From Nibricoccus sp. (GTDB lineage: Bacteria > Verrucomicrobiota > Verrucomicrobiia > Opitutales > Opitutaceae), in assembly GCA_047602425.1 (NCBI GenBank), contig JASGHG010000001.1:480001-544000 (forward strand): a stretch of 64,000 nucleotides of DNA. The letters run 5' to 3'. Below, one piece after another: positions 56,937-64,000 of this stretch; position 1 is the first letter of the stretch, and the number at the start of each line of letters is the position of its first letter. The notes beneath the pieces are model-generated. The model had not been told where the DNA came from. It saw only the letters and a list, made by a program, of their open reading frames with translations, and searched no databases. The position numbers and the translations under genes were made by a program.

Positions 56937-57875
56937 TCACAGCTTCACCGCTTGGACAAAGGCATCCGAGGTCGTAAGATCAGCCTCGGTAATATGGCTG
57001 AAGCGGGTTGCCAACGCGGTCCTCAGCAAAGCCGACGTCTGTTCAACCTTCTGGGTGGCCAGGAGCTGAAAACCGACCTCGGTCAGAAGTTTCTCATGCG
57101 TCGAGAATGGCTCGCGGTTGAGTAGATAGGCGCGACGCCCTCTCATCAATTTCCAAGTGAGATCGGAGAGGCCCCAGTGGCCATTCCATTCCGTTGTCAG
57201 CTGATGGCACTTGAAGTCGATCTGATGTGAGATGAATCCCCCTCGACGTAACCAACTGTACATCGCCGCGTAGGTACCAGTTAGGTCATCGACATGCTCA
57301 AGGACTGCCTGAGAGTAGATCATGTCCACCGATGCCGGGTCGATGATCTTAGCATTGAACCATGGCGCAGCATAGCGAACGACAGATCCGGGGCGACTAC
57401 AGTCACTGAGCGCATCCCGGATCAGTTCCAGCCGCGATGGCCGCATCAATTCGCGGATACGCGCTTCGCTGATGATAGCGTCGGGAAAGGCATAATTCGT
57501 CAACTCAGGTTTGAGATTGGGAAATTCGCTGCCATCTGGAATGTCGGCTCGGCGTGCGAACAATTCGATCATCTCGTCCAGAATCGGCGCGTGGTGCTGC
57601 AATGACGCATGTTCGACCACATCCATGCCAAAGTACTTTTCAGCACCCGAAAGAAGCGCAGCCAGGCCGATCCCAATCGAATCACCGGGACCAAGCTCGC
57701 CTACTATTTTGGGCACTCCAGCCGTAAGACGGTTTTGATGAGCGAGGACAAGATGACGCATCCACACGGCATAGCAATACCGGGCTGAATTCGTGCCGCC
57801 GGTGCCCTTCGCGTGAAAAGAGGACATGCCGGGGATGAAGGTAGAAACGCCGTAGGCGAATTGTTTGAGGTTCAT
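56937..57875 (-). CDS. Class I SAM-dependent methyltransferase
   Basis: ELGPG motif I, SQAVLEHV and LRRGG. Confidence 0.82.
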   Translation of the reverse strand: MNLKQFAYGVSTFIPGMSSFHAKGTGGTNSARYCYAVWMRHLVLAHQNRLTAGVPKIVGELGPGDSIGIGLAALLSGAEKYFGMDVVEHASLQHHAPILDEMIELFARRADIPDGSEFPNLKPELTNYAFPDAIISEARIRELMRPSRLELIRDALSDCSRPGSVVRYAAPWFNAKIIDPASVDMIYSQAVLEHVDDLTGTYAAMYSWLRRGGFISHQIDFKCHQLTTEWNGHWGLSDLTWKLMRGRRAYLLNREPFSTHEKLLTEVGFQLLATQKVEQTSALLRTALATRFSHITEADLTTSDAFVQAVKL

Positions 57876-58957
57876 GTGACAGTGTTATAGATGTGGACGT
57901 AATTATTGGCCATCGCGGACAGGCTCCATTTCTGGATTGCGACAGCAGCGTTCTCTGCCTTGCGTAGAGTCGCCGAGCGATCGGTGAGGGCGACGCCTAA
58001 TTTCTCCGCCACTTCCGACGGTGAGAAACATTGTACGAAGGTCGCGCTATCGTCAGAAAGAAACTCCCGATGTGCGGGAATGTCGGAGACCACAAGTGGA
58101 CACCCACATCCCATTGCTTCCAAAACCGTGTTCGGGCAGCCTTCATACTCACTCAGCGAGGTGAATATCGACGCCTTCCTCTTGAGGATGGTCCAGGCCA
58201 TGTCGGATGAGACGTGACCACTGAAGTGAACAGATCCCGCAGAACAGACCGCTGCGGCCAACTTCTCGAGAGAAGCCTTCTGCGGTCCCGTGCCGCATAG
58301 GATGAGGCTGGCCGGCATGCGTTGCTGCAAACAGCCAACCGCCCGGATCAAAAGATCCAAACGCTTGGAGCCAGTGGAATCGGCGGCGAGTCTGCCCACG
58401 TACACGATCACGGGCCCCTTTAACGCAAGGATTTCCGAAGTCAGCGGAGCGTCGGCACTGCGGATCTCGTCGAGCGCAATCCCGTTCGGTACTACAAAAC
58501 GGCGGCCGCGCTGCAGCTTTTGCCTCCAATAGTCGTCGCCTCCTTGGGAGTTCGACACGATGGCGTTGGCGAATCGCGCCACGCCGACTCTCAGGCTCGC
58601 CTTCCACCGGCCGGCGTAGGCGCGCTCCGAGCTCGGTTCTCGGAATATCCAAGGAACCCCAGTCACCCGCGTCGCAATACCGCCAATAATATCCATTTGG
58701 AATATCCATGTTTGAACGACATCCGGACGCAAGCGACGAGTCAGCTGGACAACGCGCCAAAGTAGAACCGGATCATAGTTGGAAGATAGAGGAAGCCGAT
58801 GAAGGCACACGCCCCTCCATTGTGTAGGCGCCACACCTTCATAGCAGTACCCGACGTGCACGTCATGACCGAGGTCCACTAGCGCAGGGGCAAGATTTGC
58901 CAGCTGCCGCTCCGCCCCTCCTCCGCTTAGCGTCGGAATTAGATGTAAGATGCGCAC
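57872..58957 (-). CDS. Glycosyltransferase family 4
   Basis: GGGAERQL and EGCPNTVLEAMGCG. Confidence 0.9.
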   Translation of the reverse strand: MRILHLIPTLSGGGAERQLANLAPALVDLGHDVHVGYCYEGVAPTQWRGVCLHRLPLSSNYDPVLLWRVVQLTRRLRPDVVQTWIFQMDIIGGIATRVTGVPWIFREPSSERAYAGRWKASLRVGVARFANAIVSNSQGGDDYWRQKLQRGRRFVVPNGIALDEIRSADAPLTSEILALKGPVIVYVGRLAADSTGSKRLDLLIRAVGCLQQRMPASLILCGTGPQKASLEKLAAAVCSAGSVHFSGHVSSDMAWTILKRKASIFTSLSEYEGCPNTVLEAMGCGCPLVVSDIPAHREFLSDDSATFVQCFSPSEVAEKLGVALTDRSATLRKAENAAVAIQKWSLSAMANNYVHIYNTVT

Positions 58958-58997
58958 TGATCAGGTGAGCGGCTTTTAGACAAAAAAAGCCAAAATG

Positions 58998-60497
58998 TCA
59001 CTGTCCGGCAGTTCCGCCAATGGCAAAAGGTTTTGCCGGCGGCACCGGCAACTGCCGAGTTTTAGTCTGTAAAATCTTAAGAAGCAGATAGAGCGGCAAA
59101 AACCTGAAAAGAAAGGAGGCAATGAGTATATAAAATGCAGTTCCCCGAATGGTATAGTAGGCAATTACTATTAAGTAGAAATAGGCCAACGTCGGCCAAA
59201 ATTTCCGCGAACTGCGGACATACCAGATTCTTGCTTTCGCAAAGACAAACCCCAGCAACATGCCACGAGCTATGAGTTCCACCCAGCCATATCCGATGAT
59301 CGCCTGTGAAATAGGACTGAACATAAAAAAACCCGGCAAGGCCCGCTCTGCTATCCAGTTTTGCACATCAAGTTTTGGAAATGGGAGCAGCTGTTGCGGA
59401 ACGACCATAACAACATCGTACAATGTAAACTGTACTGGGATTTCCCCCAATTCACCGCTCTCCTTAAGTCGCAGCAAATCGAAGTTTCCGCCAAACAGTG
59501 CTTGGAATTCTGTGTTGGTGGAGACGGTCAGCTCGAAACTGTCAACCTTGCTTTTAAAATTTGTTAGGTTGGATCCCAGCGTCGCCTGACCACGGACAAA
59601 CCCGATCAGCAGAAAACCGACGAACAAACACAAACCGATCGTCAACATCTGCCATATTTTCAAACGGCGGACAAACTCATTATACATAATGACACACGCG
59701 AGCAGAATCAGGACTAATTCCGTTCGAGCCCCCATCCATAGGATGTTACTAATCACTATAACAGCCAGCCAACAATAGAGTATCAAGCGATACACTGGTT
59801 TTTCCCAGCCAAGAAACAACGTAAGCAGCAAACCCAATTTCACGATCAATCCGACGCCGTTGTGTCCTATAATTCCATAAAACTGCCGGAACAACAGAGG
59901 CATGCCCAGATATACTTCATACGAATCGTACATCCGCTCAACATCATATACCCCGTAAAGATTGATTCCGTAGATCGCTTCGATCGCATACATTACGACC
60001 GAGAGAGCCATCCAGAGCGCAACCAAGAGAGCAACCGTTCTCCTGTCCGGAGGATTGGGCACAAAGGGAGCAGCAGCCCGCCGGGAATCGAATGCGAGAT
60101 AACCGGAGACAAACGCGACCAAATACACCACGTACCACCACATGAATCCACCGAATTGACGCGGCGTTGGATTCAAAACGTAGAGCTGGTAGGCGCTCAA
60201 GTAAGTATGCTGACCGCCCGCAAGCAGATACTGCAGGGGTGGTATGATTGTGTAACAGGTCACGGCCAATACCGTGAGGGTGGCTGGGTCCGCCAGCGGC
60301 GGACCCGGCCGCCGGGCCTTAAGCACCGTCCAGAAAAACGCGGCGGCTAAGACGGTCGCACCCATGGGTGCGATCAAATACTTTATCTCGTCAGCCGATA
60401 TCACAAACCATACCGCACAGGATAACGCTGCAAGCGCCACCCCAATGAGCTCCTTCGGGATGCGCGCAAGAGCCAGTTTCCTTGGTATGCGTGTCAT
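58998..60497 (-). CDS. O-antigen polymerase (Wzy)-like membrane protein
   Basis: About 11 TMs with a large periplasmic loop, in the middle of a GT cluster; start chosen at MTRIPR. Confidence 0.65.
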   Translation of the reverse strand: MTRIPRKLALARIPKELIGVALAALSCAVWFVISADEIKYLIAPMGATVLAAAFFWTVLKARRPGPPLADPATLTVLAVTCYTIIPPLQYLLAGGQHTYLSAYQLYVLNPTPRQFGGFMWWYVVYLVAFVSGYLAFDSRRAAAPFVPNPPDRRTVALLVALWMALSVVMYAIEAIYGINLYGVYDVERMYDSYEVYLGMPLLFRQFYGIIGHNGVGLIVKLGLLLTLFLGWEKPVYRLILYCWLAVIVISNILWMGARTELVLILLACVIMYNEFVRRLKIWQMLTIGLCLFVGFLLIGFVRGQATLGSNLTNFKSKVDSFELTVSTNTEFQALFGGNFDLLRLKESGELGEIPVQFTLYDVVMVVPQQLLPFPKLDVQNWIAERALPGFFMFSPISQAIIGYGWVELIARGMLLGFVFAKARIWYVRSSRKFWPTLAYFYLIVIAYYTIRGTAFYILIASFLFRFLPLYLLLKILQTKTRQLPVPPAKPFAIGGTAGQ

Positions 60498-60543
60498 GAA
60501 AAATTTCGAACCACGAAAGATCGATTTGTATACCCTCGTCTGG

Positions 60544-61359
60544 TCACGAACTCCGGATGAAAACGAACTGATTGCACCCAAAGCCGTCACAGGTCACGAG
60601 ATTCGTTAGCACAAATCCTTTCTTGCGGGCATAGTGGAAGATGTCCTCGACCTTGGCGGCCTCAAACGGCAGGCCGCCCAGCCAATCATGCCAATCATGA
60701 AAAATAGCCATCCCGCGGTTCTTTTTGTACGTCGCAAACTGGTTCTCCCTCTTGAGCAAGCTCCCAATGACGGTCCGACAAAAGAAATAGGGGATGAAGA
60801 TCGAGCTCATCGCAGCCTTGCCAAGAAAACCGGAACAATAAATTTGTTTCGCTCTCAGCCAAACTGCCGTGCGCTGGCCTTGGTGATTGTAGATTGCTAT
60901 GCACAGAATTCCTCCAGTTTTCACCATGGACGCAGCATTATCGATAGCCATCCACATTTTGCCAGTGTGGTGCAAGACCCCCCAGGAGTATACGATATCG
61001 AAATGCCCCAATCCGCCCAGAAATTTATCATCCAAGACCGAACCCCTTAGTACCTTCCAATCGGCATCGTTCGGGCAATAGCGTGACTGCAGGTGACTCG
61101 TGCATGCGACTGATTCCGGGTCGAAATCAAAGGAGACTACGGTTGCACCAAGTCGGCGAGCTGAAAGAGAAAACAAACCGCTCCCCGACCCGGCATCCAA
61201 GAATTTCAAGCCTTTTAAGTTGGCTATTTTCAATAGTTGAAGAAGGGAGTTCTCCGCCTCTTTTATCCTATCGTCATTCAAAGTGGCGAGAAATCCACGC
61301 CAGTTTTTTCCGAAAGAATAGCGCTCACCTTTTTCAATCTCGGTCTCAAAGTTATTCAC
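60544..61359 (-). CDS. Class I SAM-dependent methyltransferase
   Basis: FLDAGSGSGLFS and FDIVYSWGVLHHTG. Confidence 0.9.
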   Translation of the reverse strand: MNNFETEIEKGERYSFGKNWRGFLATLNDDRIKEAENSLLQLLKIANLKGLKFLDAGSGSGLFSLSARRLGATVVSFDFDPESVACTSHLQSRYCPNDADWKVLRGSVLDDKFLGGLGHFDIVYSWGVLHHTGKMWMAIDNAASMVKTGGILCIAIYNHQGQRTAVWLRAKQIYCSGFLGKAAMSSIFIPYFFCRTVIGSLLKRENQFATYKKNRGMAIFHDWHDWLGGLPFEAAKVEDIFHYARKKGFVLTNLVTCDGFGCNQFVFIRSS

Positions 61360-61421
61360 AATTGTTAGGTTTTTGAATTTTGCATCATTGGACTTGCAGT
61401 GAAAGAATCGGAGTTTTCACG

Positions 61422-62498
61422 CTAGCGCAGGCGTTTCATTAAACTCCGCGCACCCGGCATGAGAAATAGGCTGCAAATAATGAGTTCGCGAATCGGAAGC
61501 TGCCCCATCCGCAATGTTGCGAACATGAACTTCAATGAACCTAAACGGTCAGAGGGCGCATAGTAGCGGGCGCAGCGCATAAGGACCGCAGCGCAATGGG
61601 CCCTCACCTGCTTGTTCCGATACGCTTCCGGGTATACCGCGAGAAACCGGCAACGGACATCCTTGAACATGGCCAAAACTTCTGTCGGATTCCCGATCTT
61701 GGTCAGTGCCGGCATCGTAATATGCAACCATCTTGTCGCAAATTCCTGCGGGAATTCGCTAGTCTGTAGAATTCGCCCGAGATTTTGCCGGTAAACTGGC
61801 GTAAGCTTGATCACGTCTTCTGTTGTGTAACGCCTCGACACAGAATTTGCGTGCAGGCGAAAGTCCACCAAGACCTCGTCGAGATTACAAATCTCATACA
61901 GATGAGCCACACGGCTCCATAGCTCAAAGTCCTGACTCGTTCTGAACGTTTCGTCATACCCCTTCATTCTCTCCCAAATAATTTCCCGCCGGAATAGCGT
62001 TGTCGAGTGAGCGAGCGGATTGTCAAAGATCCAGTGCCAGGCGAGAGCCACCGGATCAACCGCCTTTCGCGAACCTCCCTTACGAATAGTTTTCCCCTCC
62101 GCGTCAATTGGCTGGATCTGTGTTCCAACGACAGCAACGCGCGGATTCTCGTTCAGGAACTCAACCTGCTTCGCCAAACGTTCCTTATGAGAACGATCAT
62201 CTGCATCCATACGCGCCACGTAGTGGCCTCGTGACAAGGCAAGTGCCTTGTTCAGTGACTTCGTTAATCCGATGTTGGTCGGGTTGTCCACAAGACGCAC
62301 CCGGGGGTCGCCATACGAAATGATGATTCTCTGAGAATTGTCACTCGAGCAGTCGTTTACGATCAGAAACTCGAAATCCGTGAATGATTGAGCCAAAATT
62401 GAATCAATTGCCTCGCGCAGATAGGGCTCACCATTGTGCACCGACATTATCACGGACACGATTGGCCGGTGGCCGGATTGACCGGAGTTTTCTACCAT
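61422..62498 (-). CDS. Glycosyltransferase family 2
   Basis: VSVIMSVHNGE, NDCSSD, ARMDADD and QDFELW; start overlaps the upstream asnB stop. Confidence 0.9.
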   Translation of the reverse strand: MVENSGQSGHRPIVSVIMSVHNGEPYLREAIDSILAQSFTDFEFLIVNDCSSDNSQRIIISYGDPRVRLVDNPTNIGLTKSLNKALALSRGHYVARMDADDRSHKERLAKQVEFLNENPRVAVVGTQIQPIDAEGKTIRKGGSRKAVDPVALAWHWIFDNPLAHSTTLFRREIIWERMKGYDETFRTSQDFELWSRVAHLYEICNLDEVLVDFRLHANSVSRRYTTEDVIKLTPVYRQNLGRILQTSEFPQEFATRWLHITMPALTKIGNPTEVLAMFKDVRCRFLAVYPEAYRNKQVRAHCAAVLMRCARYYAPSDRLGSLKFMFATLRMGQLPIRELIICSLFLMPGARSLMKRLR

Positions 62499-64000
62499 TG
62501 CATGTCCTTGTTCGTTCGCAGCCACAGACCGAGCGTTAGCAAAATCCAAGTGTTATAATCCCCTCCCCGGCGGTCCGTCTCACTAATACCAGGCAAAAGA
62601 TTCCTCAATGGCGACCCGCGAGAGAATACTTCTTCCGACAGCTCCTGAACATCGGGCATTTTCAACCACTGGCCAATGGGAGAACCAAAGCCTTGCTTCT
62701 TTCTATTCCGCAGTTGTTCGGGCCAATAACGTAAGCATGTTTTTTGGAGCAATATCTTCGTGTTATTATCTTCCACCTTGAGTGAAACGGGAAGTGTGAA
62801 CGCAAATTCAGCGAGATCACGATCAAGGAATGGCGCTCGGATCTCAAGACCATGCGCCATCGCCGCCCGGTCGACCTTGACCAAAATGTCACCAGGCAAA
62901 TAGGAGGTTAGATCGAAGTAGAAGCCGTCGTTCGCGATGTTTCCCGGTTGTGAAGGCTTATGATATTCTCCCGGGAAATAGGCAGCCACTTCACCGCTCC
63001 GGTCCCCCCAAAGAGTCTTCCGCTGACCATTGCCAAAATGAACATGTTGCATTACCTGCCGCGTCCACATATCAGGCCAGCGCGCGGCCAAACCAAAGCC
63101 GGATGAAGTGAGTGCCAGCGATCTCCAGCGATGCCGCAACAGCTTGCTTAGCGATCGAAGAAACACCCAAAGAACAGCCGACTTCGGCACTTCTCCGGAC
63201 TTCACGAGAGCGGGATACCACGAATATCCGCCAAATAACTCGTCTCCGCCGTCACCGGAGAGCACAACTTTTACCTGCTTCCTGGCAAACTCCGAGATGA
63301 GATAGGTCGGGATGTTCGATGTATCAGCAAAAGGTTCGTCATATACTTGGGCCATTCGCTTGAGCATCCGTGCGACGTCAGGGGTTCCGAGATCGATTGC
63401 GTGATGCTCCGTGCCGTATTTCTCTGCCACCGCTTTCGCACAGGGCAGTTCATTAATATAATGTCCGAAGCCGACAGAAAAAGTCTTCACCCGCCGTTCT
63501 CCGTTTTGCTGCATCAAAGCCACAACGGTACTCGAATCCAGTCCGCCGCTAAGAAACGCTCCAATCGGAACATCCGCTACCATTTGCCGCTTCACGGCTT
63601 GGCGTAGTAGATGATCGAGACGATCCTTCGCATCATCCAATGACAACTGCCGCGGCTGGAGCAGCGGTCGCCAATAACGCGTTACCTCAAATGCTTCTTT
63701 TTGCCAGGTCAGATAATGGCCAGGCGGGAGAGTGTGCACATTTCTAAAAACTGTCCGGTCCGGAGGGATATAGCCCAAGGCCAGATAGGCATCCACCGCA
63801 CTGAGATCAATTCGCTTTTCGATCAGACCGGAGGCAAAAATGGCTTTTAATTCCGACGCAACCACGAGAGCCCCGCCGCGACTGACCGCATAATATAACG
63901 GCTTTTCACCAAAGATATCACGAGCCGCGAAGAGACTGCGAGTTTGCTGGTCCCAAAGGGAGAAGGCAAACATCCCGCGCATTCGATCAACACACGGCGC
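62492..64000 (-). CDS. asnB: Second asparagine synthase-like amidotransferase (5' truncated by window edge)
   Basis: RGMFAF, RDIFGEKPLYY, LSGGLDSS, GDGGDELFGGY and KVDRAAM. Confidence 0.92.
   Translation of the reverse strand, partial: APCVDRMRGMFAFSLWDQQTRSLFAARDIFGEKPLYYAVSRGGALVVASELKAIFASGLIEKRIDLSAVDAYLALGYIPPDRTVFRNVHTLPPGHYLTWQKEAFEVTRYWRPLLQPRQLSLDDAKDRLDHLLRQAVKRQMVADVPIGAFLSGGLDSSTVVALMQQNGERRVKTFSVGFGHYINELPCAKAVAEKYGTEHHAIDLGTPDVARMLKRMAQVYDEPFADTSNIPTYLISEFARKQVKVVLSGDGGDELFGGYSWYPALVKSGEVPKSAVLWVFLRSLSKLLRHRWRSLALTSSGFGLAARWPDMWTRQVMQHVHFGNGQRKTLWGDRSGEVAAYFPGEYHKPSQPGNIANDGFYFDLTSYLPGDILVKVDRAAMAHGLEIRAPFLDRDLAEFAFTLPVSLKVEDNNTKILLQKTCLRYWPEQLRNRKKQGFGSPIGQWLKMPDVQELSEEVFSRGSPLRNLLPGISETDRRGGDYNTWILLTLGLWLRTNKDMQW

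Noticed and set aside
1..64000. CRISPR array, rRNA, tRNA, IS transposase or prophage
   Set aside because: No regularly spaced repeats or recognisable motifs found by eye; a cmscan or tRNAscan run would be needed to exclude small RNAs fully.

Overview
A 64-kb bacterial chromosomal window, GC-rich over most of its length. The gene content (HDOD, DUF748, stand-alone TonB C-terminal lipoprotein, few clear Shine-Dalgarno sites) suggests Verrucomicrobiota/Opitutaceae, but this is inference only. Layout: 1-9 kb is the 3' end of an EPS/LPS operon (Wzy-like protein, GT4, O-antigen ligase, GT2, GT4, priming sugar transferase, methyltransferase, flavoprotein disulfide reductase). 9-43.6 kb is housekeeping and accessory genes (hisA, M42 peptidase, miaA, a GT4/DAG kinase/PlcP-like lipid-remodelling trio, nitronate monooxygenase, ArsR, ettA, a tandem-AP2 protein, ilvBN, DUF748, clpP, a mannosylfructose operon, folE2, iorAB, pyk). 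43.7-64 kb is a visibly AT-richer minus-strand O-antigen/capsule cluster with two asnB-like amidotransferases. I saw no rRNA, tRNA, CRISPR array or transposase. The most notable observations are: (i) a short hairpin repeat family with compensatory base-pair changes, one copy translated in frame inside ilvN; (ii) an unannotated Val/Leu-rich leader peptide with a complete attenuator ahead of an enterobacterial-type ilvBN; (iii) a stand-alone basic tandem AP2-domain protein; (iv) mfpsA plus a phosphatase-glycoside hydrolase fusion behind a highly structured 5' leader; (v) heptamer repeat relics and a G10 tract in the polysaccharide locus. All product calls come from motif recognition by eye, not database searches.
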